Part shown: positions 8,814 to 18,133 of the stretch, in pieces
How positions within the stretch are numbered: the stretch's first letter is position 1
How the letters are laid out: each line of letters starts with the position of its first letter
Source of the DNA: Candidatus Woesearchaeota archaeon
GTDB taxonomy: Archaea > Nanobdellota > Nanobdellia > SCGC-AAA011-G17 > UBA489
NCBI GenBank assembly: GCA_964366415.1
Contig: CAYITG010000001.1
Location: forward strand, 583,663-647,662
Direction of reading: 5' to 3'
Length of the DNA: 64,000 nt
The notes under the pieces: model-generated
The model's input: the letters and a program-made list of their open reading frames with translations, nothing else
Told to the model about the DNA's origin: nothing
Database searches by the model: none
Made by a program: the position numbers and the translations under genes

Positions 8814-9310
8814 TTTTTCCTAGCGTACTTGGCGACTTTGCGAAACGTTGCTAATAATTCATTCGTTTTTTGCTCCGTAGTTTTATCTTCTATTCTTAGT
8901 ATACTTGCCGTTTCCTCTATAAGTGCGTAAGCTTCTTCTGGATTTAGAGGTAAACATTCTCTTGGTAACTTCCACTTATAAGGACAGAAAAAATCCATGC
9001 ATTCTTCTTCGCTTGTTAATCGATTTCTTATTTCTCCTTTTACTTTTTCTCGGTATCCTAGATTTTCATTTTTTCTGCTTTCATTATCATTACATACTTC
9101 AAGCGCATATACAAAGAATCTGCTTAATAATCCTTCATTGGTTCCAAATACTCCTTCTTTGCTTAAATCTAAGCTCTCTTTTTCCACTACCGTTGTCACA
9201 TACAACTTTGCATTATATTTCCAATCTTCCGTTAGGAACTCTCGTAATCCCAGAGTTTCTATGGTATTATTTCCAATCCTTTCTACTCTTTGCTCTATTG
9301 TTTCTTCCAT
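8810..9310 (-). CDS. hypothetical protein
   Basis: 166-aa ORF translationally coupled to the prepilin peptidase gene. Confidence 0.6.
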   Translation of the reverse strand: MEETIEQRVERIGNNTIETLGLREFLTEDWKYNAKLYVTTVVEKESLDLSKEGVFGTNEGLLSRFFVYALEVCNDNESRKNENLGYREKVKGEIRNRLTSEEECMDFFCPYKWKLPRECLPLNPEEAYALIEETASILRIEDKTTEQKTNELLATFRKVAKYARKN

Positions 9311-10176
9311 TATATTATCCCTATAATTTTCCCACTTATAATTGTTATTACTGCTCCTAAAAAGAATGGAGGAATGAAAGGAATACCTTCCTTTACCAAT
9401 ACTTTCCCTATTTTTGCCTTGATTAGTTTGCTAATATCCTCTTGTTCGATACCTAACGTTTTCTTCTTGTAGAGTAATTTTCCATTTTTGTATACGTCTT
9501 GTTCTACCCAATCTCCAGGCGTTAATTTGTTTACCGGAAGATGCTTCATTAATGCTACTTTTTCTACTCCTTTAATGAGGACTGTAAGATAGGGATATAC
9601 TAACAGTAATAATGCTAGTCCGCCTATCATCATTTTTACTTGCTCATCCAATTCTGTTGTTACTGTAATTAAAGCAGAGATTGCTGCAAAGAACAATGCA
9701 CATATCTTCATTACAATCATTTTTTTTCCATGATTTATTTTTTTAGCTTCAGGAAAAAATTGTTTTCTGTTCTTTGTTGCTAATATAATTCCATATACAA
9801 TCCCATACAATGCTCCTACAATTAAAATATTAATTACCATCACAGCAAGAAAAGGAAGATCATTCAACGGAAGAAATGATGGGCGTGTTGCAAAAATAAT
9901 TCCAATTCCCATGATGAGCTTTGTATCGCCACCACCCCATTGCTTTGCTCGAAACATGAGATTTCCTACAACCATCATCACACCAAAACCTAAGATGCCA
10001 TACCATAGATAATTCCATTCGTTGTACATGACTGAATATAAGATTCTTAATATGAACCCTGTGAATATTAATCCGTAACTGATCCAATCTGGAACTTCTC
10101 TTGTTTTCAAGTCTGAAATTGAAGCTATCAATAGTGCAAGAAGACCAATAGCGACTAACAGAATATCCATCATCAT
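9310..10176 (-). CDS. A24 family prepilin peptidase (class III signal peptidase)
   Basis: ASISDLKTREVPD and GGGDTKL catalytic Asp motifs, C-terminal IPFIPPF, multiple TMs. Confidence 0.92.
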   Translation of the reverse strand: MMMDILLVAIGLLALLIASISDLKTREVPDWISYGLIFTGFILRILYSVMYNEWNYLWYGILGFGVMMVVGNLMFRAKQWGGGDTKLIMGIGIIFATRPSFLPLNDLPFLAVMVINILIVGALYGIVYGIILATKNRKQFFPEAKKINHGKKMIVMKICALFFAAISALITVTTELDEQVKMMIGGLALLLLVYPYLTVLIKGVEKVALMKHLPVNKLTPGDWVEQDVYKNGKLLYKKKTLGIEQEDISKLIKAKIGKVLVKEGIPFIPPFFLGAVITIISGKIIGII

Positions 10177-10225
10177 AATAGCAGCGTAACCTTAACTTTA
10201 TAAAGATTATTGGCTTTGTTTGTTT

Positions 10226-11341
10226 ATGGTACGTGTTATAGGCGCTGGACCTTCTGGAAACTATGCTGCTTACTTACTTGCGCGTAAGGGAGTAGATGTT
10301 GATGTGTATGAAGACCACGATATTGTTGGTAAACCTATCCAATGTACCGGTATTATGACCTCTTATTTGAATAATCTTATCCATATTGATGGTTGGGAAG
10401 ATTTTTTGGTGAATACTATTGATGGCACGAGAGTTTTTGGGCCTGATGGAGAATCTGCGTATGTCAAACTGAAAAAAAATTACATTGTTGATCGCGCACT
10501 CTTTGACCAGCATCTTGCAAAACTTGCGCAAGAACATGGCGCTGATTATCATTACAAACATCGTTTTACTAATGCTCAATTTAGAAAAGATCATTTAGAT
10601 ATTTCTTTTGCCAATGGAACAACTGTGCAGGATACGACGTTGATTGGCAGTGATGGACCTGGAAGTTTGGTTGCTAAAAGTGCTGGCTTGTTTGGCGAGA
10701 GAAGATTTGTTGTTGGCGTGCAAGCACGTGTTTCTTTGAAGCACATTGATCCTACAATTGTTGATTTTTATGTGGATAAGAATGCTGATGGTTACATAGG
10801 GTGGGTTGTTCCGGAGAATGATCATATTGCACGCATCGGTGTTGCCAGTTATCAGCATGCCCATGACTATTTTCAGGAATTATTGAAGAAAACTGGTGGA
10901 AACATTTTGGAATGGCAATCTGGAGCTATACCTTTGTATCAACCCAGGCAAGCCATGAGCGTTACACGACAAGGATCTTCTGTTTTTTTATTAGGAGATG
11001 CTGCCACGATGGTGAAAGCAACTACGTATGGAGGCATTATTCCTGGGATGATGGCTGCTGAAGAACTTGCACAGGTTATTTTACGAGGAGGTTCTGCAAA
11101 ACAGTATGAACGTGCTTGGAGAAAGCGCGTTGGCAAAGAACTATGGTTGCATTTAATGATACGTAAGTATATGGACAAGTTTAGCTTAGCAGATTACAAA
11201 AGATTAATTCAGTATACTAATCAAGAGAAGGTTTTAGAAGTCCTTGAAGAACATGATCGAGAGTATCCTAGCAGATTATTGTTTAAGATATTATGGAGAG
11301 AGCCACGATTTTTGAGATTTATTTTTTCAGCACTCTTTTGA
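10226..11341 (+). CDS. geranylgeranyl reductase family FAD oxidoreductase
   Basis: IGAGPSG, PIQCTG, GSDGPGS, GWVVP, LGDAA..VKATTYGGI. Confidence 0.88.
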   Translation: MVRVIGAGPSGNYAAYLLARKGVDVDVYEDHDIVGKPIQCTGIMTSYLNNLIHIDGWEDFLVNTIDGTRVFGPDGESAYVKLKKNYIVDRALFDQHLAKLAQEHGADYHYKHRFTNAQFRKDHLDISFANGTTVQDTTLIGSDGPGSLVAKSAGLFGERRFVVGVQARVSLKHIDPTIVDFYVDKNADGYIGWVVPENDHIARIGVASYQHAHDYFQELLKKTGGNILEWQSGAIPLYQPRQAMSVTRQGSSVFLLGDAATMVKATTYGGIIPGMMAAEELAQVILRGGSAKQYERAWRKRVGKELWLHLMIRKYMDKFSLADYKRLIQYTNQEKVLEVLEEHDREYPSRLLFKILWREPRFLRFIFSALF

Positions 11342-11344
11342 GCT

Positions 11345-11557
11345 ATGGATCCAAGAACTTTATATCTGAGGATGGAAAAACTTCAACGACAATTTGAATC
11401 TCCTACTGAAAATATAGAACAATCTTTAGAAACATTGACAAATGCGTTGCTTTCGGTTCAAGACGAGTTTAGAAATGCTTCTGGATTTACCGCAATTGAT
11501 CCTGATTATAGAACTGCTCGCCTTATTTACCTTACTCTACGAAAATACATAACCTGA
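11345..11557 (+). CDS. hypothetical protein
   Basis: 70-aa ORF starting 3 nt after the upstream stop. Confidence 0.5.
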   Translation: MDPRTLYLRMEKLQRQFESPTENIEQSLETLTNALLSVQDEFRNASGFTAIDPDYRTARLIYLTLRKYIT

Positions 11558-11683
11558 GAACGATATGCCTTTCCTTTTTTTGTGAAAATTCATATAATCT
11601 CTTATAGCTCCTTTGTGCTTCTAACCAAAGTTTTATATAATACAATACTGCCTATTGGTTCTTGAAGAAGGTGGTAGGGAACA

Positions 11684-12871
11684 ATGAACTTTAGGAAAAA
11701 AGGTGATGCCTCTGCTAATGCTATGTGGCTTGTTTTAATCATAGGATTGTTCCTTGTTGTTTACATTATTCTTTTGCCTGTTGGTGAAAAAGAAAAACTT
11801 GTAGGCATTCAACCCATTTATGGACCAACAACCGGTGGTTCTGGAGGATCTCTTTCAGGAGGCTTATTGCTTCAAGAGAATCCTGGCGTTCTTTATCCTC
11901 TTATTCGACAAGTCGTTGGAAAACCTTTGGCTTCAGTCAATCTCTTTTCTTATACTGAAGGAGAACAACAAGGATTAGCCAATACTGTTACTGTTGAGCA
12001 CGGATTTTTTGGAGAACAAGAAAAAGAACTATCTTTTTTCCTCAATGATGTTCGCACTGTACAAGATGTCCAACTCCTTTTTTTAGTACGTGAAGCGAAA
12101 GGGGATCTTATCATACGCTTAAATGGTGAAGAAGTTTTTAGAGGAGAACCAACAACTGAAGATTTGCCTCTTCGTTTACCTCCGCATTTATTGAAACAGA
12201 TTAACAAACTTATTTTTACTGTGAGCAATCCTGGCCTTAATATATTTAAAACAAATGTTTATTCTCTTAAAGATGTTCAGCTCTTTGTACGTCATCGCTT
12301 GGAAAATAAGAGAGAAGTACGCACGTTTGTCATGAACAAAGCAGATGCTCAAAGCGTGAAACATTTGACGTTATTCTTTGTCACTAATTGCTTTACTGTG
12401 GAAGAAGATGGGCGCTTGATTATTTTGCTTAATGGCAAGGTTATCCATGATGCTCTCGTTGTGTGTGATGCAGGTCCTATTGCTGTTGATATTGATCCGC
12501 AAGACATTCTTGAAGGAACCAATACTCTTGAGTTTGGCATCGATCAAGGAAAATATGTTTTAGAGCAAGTTGTTTTAGAGAAAGATGTTGGTGAACATGA
12601 GCCTACGCGGTATGTATTTACTATGCAAGTTGCAGATTTCAATAGAGTTGGTGTTGGAGGACGCATTGTGATGGATATGCAGTTTGCTCCAGATGGATTA
12701 CGCAAGATTGGTGCAGTATATATTAATGGTTACCCTATCTACTTCGACACTTTAGATTATACTTTTGTTTATGACGTTACTGGTCTTGTAGGACCTGGTA
12801 CTAACATTGTTCGCATTGTTCCTGAGGTGCCTGTCGATATTACTGCATTCAACATTGGTTTTGGATTGTAA
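11684..12871 (+). CDS. class III signal peptide protein with repeated beta-rich domains
   Basis: RKKG/DAS plus TM; repeated IxLNG...GxNxL pattern three times. Confidence 0.75.
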   Translation: MNFRKKGDASANAMWLVLIIGLFLVVYIILLPVGEKEKLVGIQPIYGPTTGGSGGSLSGGLLLQENPGVLYPLIRQVVGKPLASVNLFSYTEGEQQGLANTVTVEHGFFGEQEKELSFFLNDVRTVQDVQLLFLVREAKGDLIIRLNGEEVFRGEPTTEDLPLRLPPHLLKQINKLIFTVSNPGLNIFKTNVYSLKDVQLFVRHRLENKREVRTFVMNKADAQSVKHLTLFFVTNCFTVEEDGRLIILLNGKVIHDALVVCDAGPIAVDIDPQDILEGTNTLEFGIDQGKYVLEQVVLEKDVGEHEPTRYVFTMQVADFNRVGVGGRIVMDMQFAPDGLRKIGAVYINGYPIYFDTLDYTFVYDVTGLVGPGTNIVRIVPEVPVDITAFNIGFGL

Positions 12872-12882
12872 AAGAGGCATGC

Positions 12883-14637
12883 ATGACTGATTCATTTTTG
12901 CACAAGGATGATTTTTCGTATTTTCTTAAAGTTCCTTTTTCTTCCAACCCTTCTGCTCCAGCACCACGCGCAGGCGTGAATTGGCGAGCCATACGTGGAA
13001 CTGCAGGTTATGCTGCTGGTAGAGGATTACGAGCGTATTATACTGGACAACGCAGAGCACAAGGTGTGAGAAATCCACAACATGCCTTTGTGTTTGGATT
13101 CATCATGGATGTTGTGACGATCGCTCTCCTTGGCACAGGGCAATTCTTTTGGTACTTGATTGCAGTTGGAGTGTCTATTCTTGTAGGTTTGTATTTTGTT
13201 GGTTGGCCTTCACTTTTAAATATCTTGAAAGTTTATCCTGGAGGATCCTTAGGTTATCTTCCTATCTTTACTTTAGCTAGCATCTTAGGACATGTTGGCG
13301 TTCCAGCATTACGACAAAGCACCTTAGGTAGTGGAGGCGGTAATCCTATTTTTGTTTCTAGTGGCGGAAGTGGTTCGAAAGAATCTTCTTATAGCGCTTC
13401 TTATAAATATGGTCTAGGAAGATATGCAGGAGAAGCTACTGCTGAAGCTTTGGGTAATTTTACACGCTGGTTTGGAAAAATTTTACCTCTTCTTCTCCTT
13501 GTTGGAGGATTTATCTATTTCTTTGCCTTTGGTTTACCTGCACCTTTGCGTGCTGCATCTGTGAGCCAAGGTGAATTTCTTGCTCAGAAATGGAATGTTG
13601 CTGATCGCTTCCAAGACATTGCTTCGTATCTCAATCCAAAGACCGCACTTGAAAAAGCAGCAGGCGTTGGGGATTTTACAACACGACCAGACTATCTCAC
13701 AGAAGGAATACAAGGTGTAGAAATCGAACGGTTTGATGGAAAAAAAGTGTATGAAGGCGATCCGTTCACTTTACAGGCAGAAGTACATGTTGATGCTTTT
13801 CCCCATGATGACAGCACTCTTTCTTTTGGATGTCTTTTGAACGATGGCGAACAGATCATTCAAACTGGAACTGCACAAATTAGTGGATATTCTGAAGGAG
13901 AAAATACTGTTACTGTGCCACAAGGAACGAAGCAACGCACCTTCTTTGTTTATTGTTCTTATGATGGAATTGCGTCTTTAGACACTTCATATAAAAATTA
14001 TCAGGCTCTTCTCACTTGGAGCTATGAAAACATTTTGACTACTTCAGTCTTACGCGCTTTTACTCAACAACGCGTTGTTCAAGATCGCTTGTTTCAACGA
14101 GGATTAGATCCTTTGGAAGATCTGCGCGGCAGTGATTTTGTTGGTACAGACGGATTTGCTCAAGATAATTGCGTCAAAGGATGCGGACTTACAGACTTAA
14201 GCATGAAACTTGGAAGTGTTTTGCCTCTCAGTGAGGGCGTGCCTCATTACCTTGATGTTGCTCTCGTTGGATTGAGCACATGGAAAGGATCTTTACAACA
14301 TCTTCGTGAATTACAACTCCTCTTGCCTGAACAGGATCTTCATTTTAGCGAACAGCGCTGCTTGTGGGAAGGAGGAAGCAACATAGGACAACATCAACAA
14401 GAGCAATCCTTTATTTTAGATGAAAACAGCCCTCAGCTTCAACAGGTTAACACAAAATTATCTGCTGGCGCACCGGTGAAAATTGTTTTTACTTGCACTC
14501 TTACTGCTGAAGGCGGCGTTGAAGATATTCCTGCTCCTGCAACACTCACTGCTCTTGCACGTTATGATTATGGTGGACAAGAACCTGCTTTAGTTCTTGT
14601 TATGAAAAAAGAACCAGAGGTCAGTGGCATAGCATGA
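12883..14637 (+). CDS. multi-TM protein with large extracellular beta-sandwich region
   Basis: N-terminal TMs, Cys-containing C-terminal region ending ALARYDY. Confidence 0.75.
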   Translation: MTDSFLHKDDFSYFLKVPFSSNPSAPAPRAGVNWRAIRGTAGYAAGRGLRAYYTGQRRAQGVRNPQHAFVFGFIMDVVTIALLGTGQFFWYLIAVGVSILVGLYFVGWPSLLNILKVYPGGSLGYLPIFTLASILGHVGVPALRQSTLGSGGGNPIFVSSGGSGSKESSYSASYKYGLGRYAGEATAEALGNFTRWFGKILPLLLLVGGFIYFFAFGLPAPLRAASVSQGEFLAQKWNVADRFQDIASYLNPKTALEKAAGVGDFTTRPDYLTEGIQGVEIERFDGKKVYEGDPFTLQAEVHVDAFPHDDSTLSFGCLLNDGEQIIQTGTAQISGYSEGENTVTVPQGTKQRTFFVYCSYDGIASLDTSYKNYQALLTWSYENILTTSVLRAFTQQRVVQDRLFQRGLDPLEDLRGSDFVGTDGFAQDNCVKGCGLTDLSMKLGSVLPLSEGVPHYLDVALVGLSTWKGSLQHLRELQLLLPEQDLHFSEQRCLWEGGSNIGQHQQEQSFILDENSPQLQQVNTKLSAGAPVKIVFTCTLTAEGGVEDIPAPATLTALARYDYGGQEPALVLVMKKEPEVSGIA

Positions 14638-15569
14638 AATGGATTTTTTTTCTTATTGTCAGTATTTTTCTTGCTGGATGCACACTTCAGAATGCACCAT
14701 CTTCAGGACAACAAATTTTTCATTGTCCTTCTGTCAAAGAAGGCAAAGGTGTTACTGTTGATTTTGTCCAATATGCTCCACCTCCTGAAGTACGAGAAGG
14801 CAGAGATTTTTCTTTAGGTTTAGTTTTTTCTAATGCTTTTGCAGAAGGCATGGATGTTGATCTTACCTTGCAGGACACTGTTGATACGCCCGGATCATTT
14901 CCTGCTGAAGGCGTGCATGAAACTCTTCACCTTGAAGGCGCGGTTGTGGAGAATGATCAATGGTATGAACCTGGATGCAGACTTCTTGAAGACACCGAAC
15001 TTACTGAACATACTTTAGGACCTTACTTTTACAAACCTTTAGCTTTTGAAGATATTACTCATTTTACTGGAAACTTGCGTTATCAAGGACATACTGATGC
15101 TGGCTTTGCTTTCTGCCTTTTTAATCCAGCACAAGGACCGACATCCTGCTCTGCACAAGAACAGATAAGCGGTTCTCAGTTAGGATGGCAAAACATGAAA
15201 GCTCCCGTTATGATTACTGATGTTCGAAAAATCTTGATTGGATCCAAAGAAGGCGTCCATTTGAAATTTGCTTTTGATCTTGCGAATGCTGGCGGCGGCT
15301 ACATTGGTGGCAACAGCGAAATTACTGTTGATGTTACCAGCCAAGACCTTTCCTTTACTTGCTTTAGCGAAGATGCTTCCTTAGACGGAGGACAACATCT
15401 TCAACTTACTCTTGATTCTGAACAAAGTTATACTGCACGTGTTGAATGCGAGACATTCTTGACTTTAGATCGCGTACAAACGTCTCTTATTGAACTTGCA
15501 TTAGAATATTCTTATGTCTATCCTTTTACAAGTGAGGACATGAAACTCTTGCCTGAAAGAAGTCGATAG
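14634..15569 (+). CDS. putative lipoprotein, paralog of the next gene
   Basis: Lipobox LAGC; PPPEVREG..F.L....N, APVMI and LEYSY motifs. Confidence 0.75.
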   Translation: MKWIFFLIVSIFLAGCTLQNAPSSGQQIFHCPSVKEGKGVTVDFVQYAPPPEVREGRDFSLGLVFSNAFAEGMDVDLTLQDTVDTPGSFPAEGVHETLHLEGAVVENDQWYEPGCRLLEDTELTEHTLGPYFYKPLAFEDITHFTGNLRYQGHTDAGFAFCLFNPAQGPTSCSAQEQISGSQLGWQNMKAPVMITDVRKILIGSKEGVHLKFAFDLANAGGGYIGGNSEITVDVTSQDLSFTCFSEDASLDGGQHLQLTLDSEQSYTARVECETFLTLDRVQTSLIELALEYSYVYPFTSEDMKLLPERSR

Positions 15570-15621
15570 TTAGCTTTAAATAGGACAATACGTTTGTAAG
15601 AACTATCAAAAGAGGGACTGC

Positions 15622-16578
15622 ATGAATTCCACTTTATCATCTAAAGCATGGTTATTTCTTGTTATTGGAATCTTATTGATTAGTGGCTGTCAAGGATTTG
15701 GGAAGCAACAACAACCACAACAGACTAATGCTTTTGTTGGTGGCATGAAAGGCATGGACGTTGCCTTTGCAGAAGGTCAACCACCTGCTTCTGTACTGGA
15801 TAAAGGGCAAGAAGAATTTACTCTTACTTTATTGATGCGCAATCTTGGTGAATATACTATTCCGGTTGGTGGTGTTATTGGATCTTTGAGCGGCGTTGTT
15901 CAGAATTCCTTTAGCTTGAAGAGTTTAGATGTTAAAAGCACTGTTGAAGTGTTTGGTGTTACAAAAGATGGAACAACGGTGATTCCTGGTGGAGAGGAAA
16001 TGTTAGAGTTTGGCACTGCTCAATTCAAACCAGATTTACCTGCTGATACGAAATTTACATTTAAAGCTGATGTGTGCTATACCTATCAAACCCAGTCTGT
16101 TAGTACCGTTTGCTTGAAGAAAAATGTCTTGAGGAAAGAAGTTGGTGAGGTATGTCAGATTAATAATCCTACTTTAGGACAAGAAAACAGCGGAGCGCCG
16201 ATGCATGTTGAACAAATGAAAGAAAGCAGCGTTGGGAATAATAAAGTACGATTGAACTTTAAGGTTGTCAATAAAGGCATTGGACAAGTGTATGAACCTG
16301 GAACGTTTACGACGAAATGCACGGGTATGGAAAGTGAAAAGAACAGAGTAAAAATCACTGTTGGCTCTTCTGACAGCACTTTTACTTCGAGTTGCACACA
16401 GTTAGGTGGTGGCAATAGTGGCGTTGTTACCTTAGTGAATAATCAGAAAGACATTACTTGTACTATCGATACAACGAACTTGCAAGACATAACGTTCCAA
16501 GATTTAGTTCTTGTGAAACTTGATTACCAATACCGGGAAGCTGTGACGACACCTCTTGTTGTAACGAATGCTGCTTAG
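15622..16578 (+). CDS. putative lipoprotein with Cys-bridged beta-sandwich domains
   Basis: Lipobox ISGC; QPPASV..G..F.L....N, GAPMHV and LDYQY motifs. Confidence 0.78.
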   Translation: MNSTLSSKAWLFLVIGILLISGCQGFGKQQQPQQTNAFVGGMKGMDVAFAEGQPPASVLDKGQEEFTLTLLMRNLGEYTIPVGGVIGSLSGVVQNSFSLKSLDVKSTVEVFGVTKDGTTVIPGGEEMLEFGTAQFKPDLPADTKFTFKADVCYTYQTQSVSTVCLKKNVLRKEVGEVCQINNPTLGQENSGAPMHVEQMKESSVGNNKVRLNFKVVNKGIGQVYEPGTFTTKCTGMESEKNRVKITVGSSDSTFTSSCTQLGGGNSGVVTLVNNQKDITCTIDTTNLQDITFQDLVLVKLDYQYREAVTTPLVVTNAA

Positions 16579-16837
16579 TTTTCAAATGAAATAACAAGAT
16601 AACCATACTTTTCAACATCTTCTTTTGACCAATATTTTGCATCTTTTGTTTTCATGACATATTTGGCTTTCTTTTTTATTGTTCTGCCCGTGTATTGCTT
16701 TGTTGTTGGATCCATTCTTCTAAGATGATTGTATCGCCAGGTTTACACTCAAAATCTGCCAAACGTAACTCTACATTCTTCCTTCCTTCAACGACTTTTT
16801 GAAAGATTTCTGGCCATGACTTCTTTTTGGTGATCAT
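16575..16837 (-). pseudogene. frameshifted DUF3850/ASCH-like gene
   Basis: MITKKKSWPEIFQKVVEGRKNVELRLADFECKPGDTIILEEW, then (D)PTTKQYTGRTIKKK...KYGYLVISFEN in another frame; one G missing near 16712. Confidence 0.8.
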
Positions 16838-16890
16838 GAACTATTTGACTATCTTTTTCATTAAAAACTTTCCGATATTTTTAGAAAATC

Positions 16891-16922
16891 CACTTGTCAA
16901 GTACCCCTGAAAACTATATAAA
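16891..16922 (+). promoter_or_regulatory. candidate operator (palindrome ACTTG-T-CAAGT) plus BRE/TATA of the LAGLIDADG-endoQ unit
   Basis: Matches 5187-5218; TATATAAA ends 22 nt before ATG 16945. Confidence 0.65.
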
Positions 16923-16944
16923 CTGCTTTTTTTGAAACTTCCTT

Positions 16945-18132
16945 ATGACTGCCCAGCAAACAGGAATTGTTTATTTGGAAGATCTCCCACAAGAGAAGAT
17001 TTATGTTTCTCTTAAAAATGACTTGTTTCAATCTCTTAACAAAGAAATCAGAAAGATAGGCATTTTTAAATTTGCCCGTCGATTGAATGTTAGCGAAAGA
17101 ACCATAAATCACTGGCTCACTGAGGGCACTCTTGTGCGTTTGGATGTTCTTATACAGGTCTGTCACCATTTTAATATTAATTATCAGAATCACATCTCTT
17201 ACCTGCGCGGTAAAACCGGCGGTAAAATCTATAATCCCAAACTGCCTTTTGACTTTACTTCAGAGGCTGGTGTTCGCCTCATAGCGAGTATACTAGGGGA
17301 TGGTGGAATATCTAAAAAAAGAAAGATTGCATGTTATTCTAATACCAATAAGGACCTTATTAGGGGATTTTTGTATGATGCTAAACGGGTTTTTGGCGAA
17401 GTAGAATGCACCTCTTGGTCAATACAGAAGAAGAATAGCATTGTTTCAAATGTATCCTCCCCACCAATACTTAGCGAAGTATTTTTTCTATTAGGATTAA
17501 AAGCTGGGAAAAAGGTTGAGATTAATCCCCATATTCCAGAATTCATTTTTACCCTTTCTGATCAACACAAATATACTTTTTTATCTCAATTTATTGATGA
17601 CGAAGGAACAGTAAATGTTGCTGGTAAACATGTCTCTTTAACATCTGCTTGCTTAGAAAAGTATGGAAAATCCCATTTACTTGAAGACATACAAAGACTT
17701 CTTCTTCCATTGGATATTCTTTGTTCTATTTATCCTAGCAAAGTATATTCTTCGAAGAGAGGCGAACCTCGAAAAACCTGGAAATTGCAAATTAATGGAT
17801 CAATTCAGTTAAAGAAACTTTATGAATATTCAAATATTCGAAGCCAAGAAAAAAAAGAAAGGCTATATAGATTAATTAATTCTTATAGTCTTACTATCTT
17901 TCGTAGAAGAGATATTTTAGAAACTTACATTAACTTTATGAGGAAAATACAAACAATTCAGGGATTTTTTACTTCTCTGGATTTAGCGAATGAAACTGGA
18001 AGGGCTGAAGGTAGTTGTAGAAATATGATTGCCAAATACCAAAAATTAGGTATTGCAACATGTATCCAACCTTTAGTTCTTACTAGTAAGGGTGCAGTAT
18101 ATGGGAGGTATGTTTTAGATCCTTTAATTTAA
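16945..18132 (+). CDS. free-standing double-motif LAGLIDADG endonuclease-like protein with HTH domains
   Basis: LIASILGDG and FLSQFIDDEG motifs, YSNTN, N-terminal HTH FARRLNVSERTINHW, C-terminal wHTH-like FTSLDLANETG. Confidence 0.85.
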   Translation: MTAQQTGIVYLEDLPQEKIYVSLKNDLFQSLNKEIRKIGIFKFARRLNVSERTINHWLTEGTLVRLDVLIQVCHHFNINYQNHISYLRGKTGGKIYNPKLPFDFTSEAGVRLIASILGDGGISKKRKIACYSNTNKDLIRGFLYDAKRVFGEVECTSWSIQKKNSIVSNVSSPPILSEVFFLLGLKAGKKVEINPHIPEFIFTLSDQHKYTFLSQFIDDEGTVNVAGKHVSLTSACLEKYGKSHLLEDIQRLLLPLDILCSIYPSKVYSSKRGEPRKTWKLQINGSIQLKKLYEYSNIRSQEKKERLYRLINSYSLTIFRRRDILETYINFMRKIQTIQGFFTSLDLANETGRAEGSCRNMIAKYQKLGIATCIQPLVLTSKGAVYGRYVLDPLI

Positions 18133-18133
18133 C

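Noticed and set aside
16945-18132. LAGLIDADG ORF as an intein or intron-encoded protein
   Set aside because: No Cys/Ser start block or His-Asn end, no split host gene, and endoQ starts intact after the stop
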